Assembly (NCBI GenBank): GCA_963834795.1
Contig: CAWIDL010000032.1
Coordinates: forward strand, 238,278 to 302,277
Origin: an uncultured delta proteobacterium
GTDB lineage: Bacteria > Desulfobacterota > Desulfobaccia > Desulfobaccales > 0-14-0-80-60-11
Reading direction: 5' to 3'
DNA length: 64,000 nt
This document shows positions 47,985 through 57,054 of the stretch, piece by piece (within the stretch, counting starts at the first letter, position 1; each line of letters opens with the position of its first letter). The notes under the pieces were generated by a model. The model did not search any database, had not been told where the DNA came from, and was given only the letters and a program-made list of their open reading frames with translations. A program made the translations under genes and the position numbers.

Positions 47985-48833
47985 ATGTCTTACGTCACCA
48001 TGAAGGAACTGCTGGAGGCCGGGGTGCATTTCGGCCACCAGACCCGCCGCTGGAACCCCAAGATGGCGCCTTATATCTTCGGGGCCAGAAACGGCATCCA
48101 CATCATCGACCTGCAAAAAACCGTCCAGTTCTTCAAGACCGCCTATAATTACGTGGTGGAACGGGTGGCGGACGGCGGCCTCGTCCTCTTCGTGGGCACC
48201 AAGAAACAGGCCCAGGACGCCATTGCCGAAGAAGCCAAACGCTGCGGCATGTTCTACGTCAACCACCGCTGGCTGGGAGGCATGCTCACCAACTTTTCGA
48301 CCATCAGCCGTTCCATTGCCCGCCTGAAGGAGTTTGAGGCCATGAAGGAAGATGGCTCCCTCCGCCGCTTTCCCAAAAAAGAGGTCCTGATGATGGAGAA
48401 GAAGGCGGCCAAGCTGGAGCGCTCCCTGGGCGGCATCAAGAATATGGGGCGCCTCCCCGATATCGTCTATGTGGTGGACCCCCGCAAGGAAGACATCGCG
48501 GTGATGGAAGCCCGCAAGGTCCACGTCCCCTTGCTGTCCATCGTGGACAGCAACTGCGATCCCACGGAGATCGATTATCCCATCCCGGGCAATGACGATG
48601 CCATCCGCGCCATCCGCCTCCTCACCGCCCGCGTCGCCGACGCGGTGCTGGAAGGCAAAAAACTGGCGGAAGAGCGCCTCCAGGGACAGTTGGATAAGGA
48701 GGCTGCCGCGGCCCTGACGGCAGAAGCGGCGCCGGCCCCGGCCCCGGAGGTCGTGTTCCCGGAACCCTCGGAGGCCCCGCCGGCCCCGCCGGCCGAAGTC
48801 TCCGCTGAGGGAGCGGCCAAAACCGAGGCCTAA
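47985..48833 (+). CDS. rpsB: 30S ribosomal protein S2 (with A/P/E-rich C-terminal tail)
   Basis: [38 protein letters not shown].. Confidence 0.95.
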   Translation: MSYVTMKELLEAGVHFGHQTRRWNPKMAPYIFGARNGIHIIDLQKTVQFFKTAYNYVVERVADGGLVLFVGTKKQAQDAIAEEAKRCGMFYVNHRWLGGMLTNFSTISRSIARLKEFEAMKEDGSLRRFPKKEVLMMEKKAAKLERSLGGIKNMGRLPDIVYVVDPRKEDIAVMEARKVHVPLLSIVDSNCDPTEIDYPIPGNDDAIRAIRLLTARVADAVLEGKKLAEERLQGQLDKEAAAALTAEAAPAPAPEVVFPEPSEAPPAPPAEVSAEGAAKTEA

Positions 48834-48949
48834 AGGGGAAGCAGGCTCACCGGCAAAACGTCTCGGTTCTCCGGTGAGTTAACCTGTTCCCATTTCCCGC
48901 CTGGTCGTTCCCCAATGTAAAAAATGGCCGGGTGGCAAGGAGAGATTAC

Positions 48950-49807
48950 TTGGAGATAACCGCCGAATTGGTAAAAACCTTGCGTGACCGGACCGACGCC
49001 GGGATGATGGATTGTAAAAAGGCCCTGAAGGAAACGGCCGGCGACCTGGAGGCCGCGGTGGCCTACCTGCGCCAGAAGGGCCTGGCAGTGGCCAGCAAGC
49101 GAGCCGGCCGGACCACCACCGAAGGCTGCGTCTGGGCCCATGTCAGCCCGGATCATCAGTCCGGGGTGCTCCTGGAAGTGAATTGTGAATCCGATTTTGT
49201 CGCCAAAACCGACTCCTTTCAGGAGTTGGGCCCCCGCCTGGCGGAGCAGTTGGCCGCGGCCGCCATGGAAACGGTGGAGGAGTTGCTGGCCCAGCGCTGC
49301 ACCCACTCTCCCGGATTGAACGTGGCCGACTACCTCAACGAAGTCATCGCCAAGACCGGGGAGAAGTGCCAGGTGCGCCGCTTCAGCCGCTATCGCGGCG
49401 ACCTGGTGGCCGCCTACATTCACCACGGCGGCAAGATCGGGGTGATGTTGCAGCTTAGCGGCGGCGACGCCGCCCCTGAGGCTGTGGCCGCCGCCAGGGA
49501 CCTGGCCATGCAGGTGGCCGCCACCAATCCCCTGGCGGTCAGCCGGGAACAGGTGCCGGCCGAGACCGTCTCCAAGGAAAAGGCCATCTATGCGGCCCAG
49601 GCCCAGGAGAGCGGCAAGCCGGCCCAGATCATTGAAAAAATGGTAGTCGGCCGTTTGGAAAAGTTTTATAAGGAAGTCTGCCTCCTGGAGCAGCCCTTCG
49701 TGAAAAATCCGGAGCAGACCGTCAGCCAGTTTCTCAAAGAAGTGGGAAAGAAGATGGAGAAAGAACTCCAGGTCAGAGGCTTCAGCCGATTCCAGGTGGG
49801 TGTATGA
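48950..49807 (+). CDS. tsf: Elongation factor Ts
   Basis: (M)EITAELVKTLRDRTDAGMMDCKKALKETAGDLEAAVAYLRQKG.. TTG start at 48950, preceded by aaggaga; the track start at 48932 is less likely. Confidence 0.9.
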   Translation: MEITAELVKTLRDRTDAGMMDCKKALKETAGDLEAAVAYLRQKGLAVASKRAGRTTTEGCVWAHVSPDHQSGVLLEVNCESDFVAKTDSFQELGPRLAEQLAAAAMETVEELLAQRCTHSPGLNVADYLNEVIAKTGEKCQVRRFSRYRGDLVAAYIHHGGKIGVMLQLSGGDAAPEAVAAARDLAMQVAATNPLAVSREQVPAETVSKEKAIYAAQAQESGKPAQIIEKMVVGRLEKFYKEVCLLEQPFVKNPEQTVSQFLKEVGKKMEKELQVRGFSRFQVGV

Positions 49808-49816
49808 CCTAACGCC

Positions 49817-50554
49817 ATGGCGCCGCAGACCCCAAAATATAATCGCGTCCTTCTCAAGTTGAGTGGCGAGACCCTGGCGGGCCACAAAAAGTTCGGCATG
49901 GACCCCGCCACCCTGAAGGCCATCGCCCTGGAGATCAAGGCGGTGGTGGCGCTAAAAGTCCAGGTGGGCGTGGTGGTGGGCGGCGGTAACATCTTCCGGG
50001 GGCTGGAGGCCAGCGCCCAGGGGATTGAACGGGCCGTGGCCGACTACATCGGCATGCTGGCCACGGTCATCAACGCCCTGGCCTTGCAAGACGCCCTGGA
50101 AAAGGCGGGACTGCCCACCCGGGTGATGAGCGCCATCACCATGAACGAAGTGGCGGAGCCCTACATCCGCCGCCGGGCCCTCCGCCACCTGGAAAAGGGG
50201 CGGGTGCTGATCTTCGGGGCCGGCACCGGCAGTCCCTACTTCACCACGGATACCGCCGCGGCTCTGCGGGCCACCGAGATCGGCGCCCAGCTTATCCTCA
50301 AGGGCACCAAGGTGGCCGGCATCTACGACCGGGACCCGCTCATCCACCCCGACGCCCAGATGCTGCCCCGGCTCACCTACTTCCAGGTCCTGGAAAAGTC
50401 CCTGCGGGTCATGGACAGCACCGCGGTCACCCTGTCCATGGAACAGAACATCCCCATCGTCGTCTTCAAACTCCTGGAACCGGGAAACATGAAAAAAGTG
50501 GTGCTGGGCATGGAGGTTGGCACCCTGGTGGAGAAACCCCCCGATGAAAGATGA
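49817..50554 (+). CDS. pyrH: UMP kinase
   Basis: ..[15 protein letters not shown].., ..[11 protein letters not shown].. and ..[10 protein letters not shown].. Confidence 0.95.
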   Translation: MAPQTPKYNRVLLKLSGETLAGHKKFGMDPATLKAIALEIKAVVALKVQVGVVVGGGNIFRGLEASAQGIERAVADYIGMLATVINALALQDALEKAGLPTRVMSAITMNEVAEPYIRRRALRHLEKGRVLIFGAGTGSPYFTTDTAAALRATEIGAQLILKGTKVAGIYDRDPLIHPDAQMLPRLTYFQVLEKSLRVMDSTAVTLSMEQNIPIVVFKLLEPGNMKKVVLGMEVGTLVEKPPDER

Positions 50555-51101
50555 CGTCCTCAACGAGACCAAACGCAAGATGGACAAGGTACTGGAGGCC
50601 ATGGCCCGGGACCTCTCCCGGGTGCGCACCGGCCGGGCCTCCGTGGTCCTGCTGGAAGGCATCAAGGTGGACTGCTACGGCGCCTCCATGCCCATCTCCC
50701 AGGTGGCCTCCCTGGCCGCCCCGGAACCCCGGCTGCTCACGGTGCAACCCTGGGACCCCTCTGTGCTCGGAGACCTGGAAAAGGCCATCCTTAAATCCGA
50801 CCTGGGTTTGACTCCCATGAACGACGGCAAGATCATCCGGCTGCCCATCCCCGCCCTCACCACCGAACGCCGCAAGGATCTGGTGAAGATGGTGAAGAAG
50901 ATGGAGGAGGAGGCCAAGGTGGCCTTGCGCAACCTCCGCCGGGAGGCCAACGAAGACCTGAAAGAAATGAAGAAGGATAAACTGCTGGCCGAAGATGAGG
51001 CCCACCGGGGCCAGGAAGAAGTCCAGAAGATCACCGATGACTGGATCAAGAAGCTGGAGGCCCAGGCGGCCGAAAAAGAAAAGGAGATCATGGCCTTCTG
51101 A
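50544..51101 (+). CDS. frr: Ribosome recycling factor
   Basis: ..[57 protein letters not shown]-like. Start at MKDDVLNE, overlapping the pyrH end. Confidence 0.95.
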   Translation: MKDDVLNETKRKMDKVLEAMARDLSRVRTGRASVVLLEGIKVDCYGASMPISQVASLAAPEPRLLTVQPWDPSVLGDLEKAILKSDLGLTPMNDGKIIRLPIPALTTERRKDLVKMVKKMEEEAKVALRNLRREANEDLKEMKKDKLLAEDEAHRGQEEVQKITDDWIKKLEAQAAEKEKEIMAF

Positions 51102-51118
51102 ACGGCCGGAGGTAAGTC

Positions 51119-51895
51119 TTGCCCAATAATTCTTATCCTTCGGACTGCAATAAGCTTCCCCGCCATGTGGCCATCATCATGGACGGTAATGGCCGCTGGG
51201 CCCGGCGCCGGGGTCTGGTCCGCATCAAGGGCCACGTGGCCGGGGTAGAGTCGGTGCGCACCATAGTTCGCCTGGCCCGCAAGTTGGGCATCTCTTACCT
51301 CACCCTGTTCGCCTTCTCCGAAGAAAACTGGCAGCGCCCCGCCATGGAAATCCGGGCCCTGATGGCCCTGCTGCGCCGTTTCCTGCACCGGGAACTCCCC
51401 GAGATGCAGGAAAATCAGATTGCCCTAAGGGCCATCGGCAACTTGCCACAACTGCCCGCGGCGGTGCAGCGCGATCTGGCCCAAATCATCGCCGCCACCG
51501 CCCAGGGGACGGGGAACAAGATGGTCCTGACCCTGGCCCTGAGCTACGGCGGGCGCAGCGAGATCGTCCAGGCGGTACAGGCCCTGGCCCGGGACCTCCT
51601 GGCCGGCCGGCTGGCGCCCGCAGAGATCGACGCCGCCCTCCTGGCCCGCTACCTTTACACCGCCGACCTGCCCGACCCGGACCTGATGATCCGCACCAGC
51701 GGCGAGTACCGCTTGAGCAACTTTCTCCTCTGGCAGTCCGCCTATACCGAACTCTACGTCACCGACACCCTGTGGCCCGATTTCCGGGAAGAAGCCTTCC
51801 TGGCCGCCCTGGATGCCTACTGCCAGCGGGACCGCCGCTTCGGCCTCACCCAGGAACAGATCCAAGACCAGGACGCCTCCGACCCCGGGCATTGA
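51119..51895 (+). CDS. uppS: Undecaprenyl-diphosphate (isoprenyl) synthase
   Basis: ..PRHVAIIMDGNGRWA.., ..LTLFAFSEENWQRP.. and ..IRTSGEYRLSNFLLWQSAYTELY.. Confidence 0.95.
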   Translation: MPNNSYPSDCNKLPRHVAIIMDGNGRWARRRGLVRIKGHVAGVESVRTIVRLARKLGISYLTLFAFSEENWQRPAMEIRALMALLRRFLHRELPEMQENQIALRAIGNLPQLPAAVQRDLAQIIAATAQGTGNKMVLTLALSYGGRSEIVQAVQALARDLLAGRLAPAEIDAALLARYLYTADLPDPDLMIRTSGEYRLSNFLLWQSAYTELYVTDTLWPDFREEAFLAALDAYCQRDRRFGLTQEQIQDQDASDPGH

Positions 51896-51980
51896 GAAAT
51901 TGTTGGGGAGGGGGCTAAGGGCTTTTTTGTAAGTGGCCCTTCCCCCCTCCCCAAACCCCTCCCCCAATCCCATAAGAATT

Positions 51981-52026
51981 GTAGGGGCGACAGTGGCACA
52001 GGCTTCCAGCCTGTGATCGGGGCGGC
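51981..52026 (+). repeat. Two-tier hairpin repeat (family A), copy 5
   Basis: gtaggggcgacagtggcacaggcttccagcctgtgatcggggcggc; the distal outer arm is degenerate. Confidence 0.8.
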
Positions 52027-52048
52027 TCCTATAGCATAGTTAATAGTA

Positions 52049-52528
52049 TTAACCTTCGAACACTGGTCCCAGTCGTCCCTTAAGATAATCTTCAAGTAAG
52101 TCCTTGATATTATTTAAAGAGGGATTTAAAAAGAAATGGTCCCTATCAGCATTTTGCTGAATCCATAAACCATAATCATTTATAATCTGACCTATTCCAA
52201 GATAGTTCCATAGAATCCTACGATTCGAAATTGCTCCTGCCAAAGTGCTCATAGCAGAACCAGGTTTTTAATGCTGATATTTAAAACGTGCGCCGGAATT
52301 AGGACCAACCTTCCCCACTTTTAAAACTCGGTTAGGACCCGCCGGAGCATTAGTTCTTGGATTCATGGAAAATACATAAACAGCACAAGTACGACTTGGC
52401 AAACTTGGTGGCGTGTGGGGAGTTGTAATAAGATTGTGTGTTATTGCATTATTCGGTAAATTGATACCATAATGTTTAATTAAATCATTAACAAAATCTT
52501 GAATGAGGTTCCCGGGATTAATTAACAT
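52049..52528 (-). pseudogene. GIY-YIG-like small protein interrupted by one in-frame TAA
   Basis: ORFs 52268..52591 and 52049..52252 are in the SAME frame, separated only by the TAA at 52268-52270 (..ARFKYQH*KPGSAMSTLAGAI..). ..CAVYVFS..(N)..RVLKVGKVG.. resembles the GIY-YIG/T5orf172 core. Strong SD aggagg before the Met at 52528. AT-rich. Confidence 0.45.
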
Positions 52529-52562
52529 CTTTTTCCTCCTATCAGGGAATTCACCATTTCCT

Positions 52563-52716
52563 GGTTCCCAAGCTCCAGCTTGGGAACCCATTTTTTGGCC
52601 AGGCTCCGCCTGGCAGGGATTACGAGATAGGAAATTATCATCGTATTACAAGAGACGTTGCCCAAGCAGAGCTTGGGCCAAAATTTCCGTTCCCAAGCAG
52701 GAGCTTGGGAACGAGA
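52563..52716. repeat. Composite triple-hairpin repeat (gttcccaag..cttgggaac family), copy 2
   Basis: ggttcccaagctccagcttgggaacc ... ttgcccaagcagagcttgggcc ... cgttcccaagcaggagcttgggaacg, in the same order and spacing as 20641..20787. Confidence 0.85.
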
Positions 52717-52732
52717 AAAAGGAGCGAGAGTG

Positions 52733-52785
52733 GCACAGGCTTCCAGCCTGTGATCGGGTCGCCCCTTTTACATTTCTTCGCCGCA
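52733..52785 (+). repeat. Two-tier hairpin repeat (family A), copy 6
   Basis: gagcgagagtggcacaggcttccagcctgtgatcgggtcgcccc, directly following the triple-hairpin array. Confidence 0.8.
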
Positions 52786-52821
52786 CTTGCAGAGACTTGG
52801 TTCCCCCCGCCCCTACCCCGG

Positions 52822-54666
52822 TTAACCATGCTCCCGCAACCAATCCTGCACCTTTTCCGCCACCTGGCGATTTAACCCCGGAACCGCCGCCAGTTCCTCC
52901 ACCGCCGCCGCCTTTAACGCCTCCAGATGTGGAAAATGCTGCAACAACCGCCGGCGCCGCACCGGGCCGATGCCGGGGATCTGCTGCAAGACCGACTCCA
53001 CCATCTCCTGGCGGGCCCGCCGTCGGTGATAGGTGATGGCGAAGCGGTGGGCCTCGTCCCGCAGCCTGAGGAGCAGCAGCCAGCCCGGAGAGTTGGCCGG
53101 CGGAAACAGCGGGTTCTTCCTTCCTGCCAGAAAGAGGCGGTCCTTTACCTCCCCCCTCCCCCGCTTAAGCCCGGCCTTGGCCAGGCCCACCACCGCCAGA
53201 TTTCCCAGACCCAGCTCCTGCAGGGCCTTCAGGACCACGTTGAGCTGCCCCTGGCCGCCGTCCACCACCAGCAGGTCCGGCAGCACCTGTCCCTCCTTGC
53301 CGTAATGGCGCTGCACCACCTCCCGCAGCATGGCGTAATCGTCCTGGCCGGCCACCCCCCGGATGCGAAAGCGCCGATAACCGGACTTGTCCGGGAGGCC
53401 GTCGGCAAAGGCCACCAGGGCCCCCACCGCTTGCTCTCCCTGGAGGGTGGAGATGTCCAGGCATTCCAGGCGGCCAGGCCTCCGGGCCAGATGCAGCCGC
53501 GCCTCCAGGTCCGCCAGGGCCGCCTCGGGCGAGGGGGGGGTGCGGCGCCGTTTCAGGGCGGCCCGGGCATTTTCCGCCGCCAGGTTCAGGAGCCGGCTCC
53601 GCTCGCCAGCCCGGGGCGCCAGCAGGCGCATGGGCCCCCCCTTCTCTTCGCTGAGCAGCGCCTCCAGCAGCCGCCGGTCGTCAATCTCCCGGGGCAGCAG
53701 CATCTCATCCGGCAAGGGCCGACCCGCGGCATAATACTGCTTGACAAAGGCCCCCAGCAAATCACCGTCCGCGGGCAGTTCCGGGAAAAAGTACTCCCGG
53801 CTGCCGGTCACCAGCCCGGCCCGGATCACCAGCACCAGGACCAGGGCCTGGCCGTTCTCCCGGGCCAGCCCCAGGACATCCTGGTCCTTGAAGCTGGGCC
53901 GGGCCATGTCCTGGCGCTCCAGGGTCTGGGTGATGGCGCGCCTGCGGTCCCGCAGCACCGCGGCCCGCTCGAAATCCAGGAGGCCGGCGGCCTGGTCCAT
54001 TTCCTCCTTGAGCCTTTTCAAGAGACTGCGGCTCCGCCCCTTGAGGAGCAGGACCGCCTCCTGCACCGCCTTGCCGTATTCCGCGGAGCTCACCTGGCCG
54101 GCGCAAGGGCCCAGGCAATGCTCCAACTGAAACTCCAGGCATGGCCGGGAGCGCGGCGCCAGGCGGCGTTCCTTGCAGGTGCGCACCCCGAATGCCTGTT
54201 TCATCACCTTGAGGGTCTCCCGGGCCAGGCCGGCAGAGGCGAAGGGGCCGAAATAGAGGGCCCCGTCCGCCTGGAAGCGCCGCACGAATCTAAGGGCCGG
54301 AAACTCCTCCTTCAGATCAAGGCGCAGACAGAGATAGTTCTTGTCATCCCGCAGCATCACGTTGTAGCGGGGGCGGTGCTCCTTGATGAGGTTGCGCTCC
54401 AGGATCAGGGCCTCCCGGCCGGTGGCGGTGATAATGAAATCCACCCGGGCCATTTTTTTCAGCATCAGGGCGGTCTTGCCATCATGGCGCTCCGGGGCCT
54501 TGAGGTAAGATCCCAGGCGGTGCCTCAGGTTTACCGCCTTGCCCACGTAGAGCACCTTGCCGCCGCTGTCTTTGAAGAGGTAAACGCCGCTGGCCCCGGG
54601 TATTTTCCCCAGGGCCGCGGCCAGGGCCGGATAGGGAGCGTTGGACTTTACTTTGGAGGCGGGCAT
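52822..54666 (-). CDS. uvrC: Excinuclease ABC subunit C
   Basis: ..GVYLFKDSGGKVLYVGKAVNLRHRLGSY.. (GIY-YIG domain), a UVR motif ..FERAAVLRDR.., the RNase H-like endonuclease region and a C-terminal (HhH)2. Confidence 0.95.
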   Translation of the reverse strand: MPASKVKSNAPYPALAAALGKIPGASGVYLFKDSGGKVLYVGKAVNLRHRLGSYLKAPERHDGKTALMLKKMARVDFIITATGREALILERNLIKEHRPRYNVMLRDDKNYLCLRLDLKEEFPALRFVRRFQADGALYFGPFASAGLARETLKVMKQAFGVRTCKERRLAPRSRPCLEFQLEHCLGPCAGQVSSAEYGKAVQEAVLLLKGRSRSLLKRLKEEMDQAAGLLDFERAAVLRDRRRAITQTLERQDMARPSFKDQDVLGLARENGQALVLVLVIRAGLVTGSREYFFPELPADGDLLGAFVKQYYAAGRPLPDEMLLPREIDDRRLLEALLSEEKGGPMRLLAPRAGERSRLLNLAAENARAALKRRRTPPSPEAALADLEARLHLARRPGRLECLDISTLQGEQAVGALVAFADGLPDKSGYRRFRIRGVAGQDDYAMLREVVQRHYGKEGQVLPDLLVVDGGQGQLNVVLKALQELGLGNLAVVGLAKAGLKRGRGEVKDRLFLAGRKNPLFPPANSPGWLLLLRLRDEAHRFAITYHRRRARQEMVESVLQQIPGIGPVRRRRLLQHFPHLEALKAAAVEELAAVPGLNRQVAEKVQDWLREHG

Positions 54667-54747
54667 CTTATCTTTAGAATAACAGGCGGCTTCCGCCTGT
54701 CAAGCCACGGAAAACCCTGAACAATAAGGCGCCAAAGAGAGACCCTG

Positions 54748-55584
54748 ATGACCCTGCCATTGCGGCCCCTGGGCCACACCGGCCACCAGGCCACCATCCT
54801 CGGATTGGGCGGAGAAGGAGTGCTGCGCACCTACGACTTTGAGAAGGAGGCCCAGGCGGTCATCGCCGCGGCCCTGGAGACAGGGATCCGGTACTTCGAA
54901 TCCGCCCGGGCCTACTCGGGGAGCGAAGCCTATCTGGGCCGGGGCCTGAAGGGCCAGCGGCATCGAGTTTTCCTCACCAGCAAGTCCCACGGCCGCACCG
55001 CCAGGGAGGCCCTGGCCCAACTGTCCGTCACCCTGAAGAACCTGGACACCGATTATCTGGACCTGTGGCAGGTGCACGATGTGCGCACCCTGGACGAAGT
55101 GGAGGCCCTGGGAAGGCCCGGAGGGGCCCTCGAAGCCTTCCGCCAGGCCAAAGAGAGGGGTTGGGCCAGGTTCATCGGGGTTACCGGCCACCACGACCCG
55201 GAGGTGCTTAAGCGGGCCCTGGATCTTTACCAGTTTGACACGGTGCTGCTGCCGGTCAACCCGGCGGAGCCGCAGCACTTAAGCTTCCTGCCCCTGGCCG
55301 CCGCGGCCCAGACCCGTGGCCTCGGGGTCATCGGCATGAAGGTCCTGTGCCGGGGGCAACTGCCCCGGATGGCGGAGGACCCGGAGGCCCTGACCCGGGA
55401 ACTGCTGGCCTATGCCTTGAGCCAGTCCGTCAGCCTGGTGGTCATCGGCGCCGATTCCCCGGAGCAGGTGCGCGGGCTTGCCGCCGCGGCCCGGGACTTC
55501 GTCCCCATGACCCCGGAAGAGATGCGCCGCCTGGAGGAGGCAGTGGCCCCGTTTGCCAGGCAATTAATGTATTATAAGCCCTGA
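54748..55584 (+). CDS. Aldo/keto reductase
   Basis: ..LGLGGEGVLR.., ..GIRYFESARAYSGSE.., ..DLWQVHDV.. and ..IGVTGHH.. fit the AKR pattern. Confidence 0.8.
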   Translation: MTLPLRPLGHTGHQATILGLGGEGVLRTYDFEKEAQAVIAAALETGIRYFESARAYSGSEAYLGRGLKGQRHRVFLTSKSHGRTAREALAQLSVTLKNLDTDYLDLWQVHDVRTLDEVEALGRPGGALEAFRQAKERGWARFIGVTGHHDPEVLKRALDLYQFDTVLLPVNPAEPQHLSFLPLAAAAQTRGLGVIGMKVLCRGQLPRMAEDPEALTRELLAYALSQSVSLVVIGADSPEQVRGLAAAARDFVPMTPEEMRRLEEAVAPFARQLMYYKP

Positions 55585-56354
55585 CTATCCTTTTTTTCCG
55601 CCAGCCTGCTCCGCACATACCAGTCGATCTGGCGGCAAATGCCCTTGATCACCTGGGCCTCCCGGGCCCGCAGGCCGTGGCGCTGGAAGAGCTGGCGCAC
55701 GTTGAACATCCAGTGCTCCGGATTCTGTTGGGAAATGAAATTGATCTTCAGCAGGGTCTCCTGGAGCATGGCGTACATGGATTCCAGTTCCCGGGTGTTG
55801 GCCAGGCGAGGCGCGCCCCGGGGCCGCGGATCCCTCGCCGCGGTGAACAGTTCGTAGGCCAGGACCATCACCGCCTGGGCCAGGTTCAGTGAGGAGCAGT
55901 CCCCGGTGGGGATAGTCACCAGGGCGTGGCACAGGGGGAGTTCCTCATTGGTGAGCCCGAAATTCTCCGGCCCGAAGAGCAGGGCGATGTCGTTGTGGGC
56001 CGACAATGCTATGAGCTTGTCGGCCAGCTCCCGGGGGGTGAAAAAGGCGCGGCGCACCCCGCCCAGGCGGGCCGTGGCGCCCACCACATATTGAAAAGGC
56101 GCCAGGGCTCCGGCCAGGTCGTCGTAAACTTCCAGGCGGGTCAGCAGCTCCACCGCCGGGCCAGTGGCCATCATCGCCATGCGCTCGAAGTCCAGGTCCT
56201 GGGGCTGCACCGCGATGAGGCGCTTAAGACCCATGTTGCAGGCGGCCCGGGCCACGGCGCCAATGTTTTCCGGCAGCCGCGGCCGGAAGAGCACCACCGC
56301 CACCCCCGGGAGCCGCACCCGCGCTTCCGGGTCCGGTTGTTTCTGTCGCTTCAT
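55572..56354 (-). CDS. trmJ: SpoU/TrmH-class tRNA 2'-O-methyltransferase (TrmJ-like)
   Basis: ..VVLFRPRLPENIGAVARAACNMG.., ..LLFGPENFGLTNEEL.. and ..IPTGDCSSLNLAQAVMVLAYEL.. are SPOUT motifs 1-3. Confidence 0.8.
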   Translation of the reverse strand: MKRQKQPDPEARVRLPGVAVVLFRPRLPENIGAVARAACNMGLKRLIAVQPQDLDFERMAMMATGPAVELLTRLEVYDDLAGALAPFQYVVGATARLGGVRRAFFTPRELADKLIALSAHNDIALLFGPENFGLTNEELPLCHALVTIPTGDCSSLNLAQAVMVLAYELFTAARDPRPRGAPRLANTRELESMYAMLQETLLKINFISQQNPEHWMFNVRQLFQRHGLRAREAQVIKGICRQIDWYVRSRLAEKKDSQGL

Positions 56355-56377
56355 GGCCCTAATTTAACATATCCGCT

Positions 56378-56939
56378 CAGTAGTGTCGGGCAACAAAATT
56401 TACCTGAAGAACCTGACAATTTCGCCCAGTTAAAATCTAGACCATTGTAATTCCAACGATAGCAACATATTATCCTGGATTATGCCGCAAGAATTGCCTG
56501 AAATAAGCATAACTATATGATATAAGGAGAAATAACAGGCAATTTCGGGGGGTCCAAGATGCTCATCAATGGTGAAAGCCGGAAAGAGGTGGTTCGGCCG
56601 GATTTTAACCGGGCTATCAGGATAGATTTTCAGGGCGCTCAAATCACTTCAGATACCGGTTTTCTCCTGCTGCGAGAGATTGATGACCGCTTCAGAATCA
56701 TCGCCCCCATGGAGGAATGCCTGGAGGACCTGAGATCATCAACCCATACCAGGCATTCGCTAATCCAGATGGTGCAGCAAAGAGTTTACCAGATAGCTGC
56801 CGGTTATGAGGATTGTAACGACGCCGATTTTCTGCGTATTGATCCAGCCCTCAGGCTGGCCATCGGCAAAGACCATCGGGCCGGGGTCAGCCAGTCAATG
56901 CTCTCCCGTTTGGAGAACGAGGTTCTGAGTCAGGGCTAG
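56378..56939 (+). mobile_element. Truncated IS1380-family element: left terminal repeat plus the first ~126 codons of the transposase (CDS 56559..56939)
   Basis: The left end cagtagtgtcgggcaacaaaattt.. equals the MITE termini. The ORF ..FNRAIRIDFQGAQITSDTGFLLLREIDDRF..AAGYEDCNDADFLRIDPALRLA..SQSMLSRLEN.. matches the N-terminal region of IS1380-type DDE transposases, then stops abruptly. No DDE core or right end follows. Confidence 0.7.
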
Positions 56940-57054
56940 AACCATTAGCCAGAAACCAGCTACTTAGGCCCACCTTGGCGTATGCGTACGAGCGGAGCGC
57001 CGGGTGGCGGTGGCGTGCGTTGCCAGAAATCACATTTGGGTAAGACGCGAAACG

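Noticed and set aside
14593-54666. Apparent enrichment of DNA-repair genes (ssb, recJ, uvrB, uvrC) as a repair island.
   Set aside because: The genes are dispersed among unrelated housekeeping operons on both strands, with core-like composition. This is most simply coincidence.
52927-54720. 597-aa plus-strand ORF. Similar long ORFs occur at 4047..5117 (-), 7843..9090 (-), 32726..33664 (-), 34346..35476 (-), 36299..37354 (+), 41791..42834 (-) and 48830..49885 (-).
   Set aside because: Each lies antisense to a confidently identified conserved gene (uvrC, aminopeptidase, dnaJ-like/moaC, clpX-like, radical SAM, HDAC, uvrB, tsf). Their products are Gly/Pro/Ala/Arg-rich and low-complexity. These are typical stop-codon-poor antisense frames of high-GC DNA.
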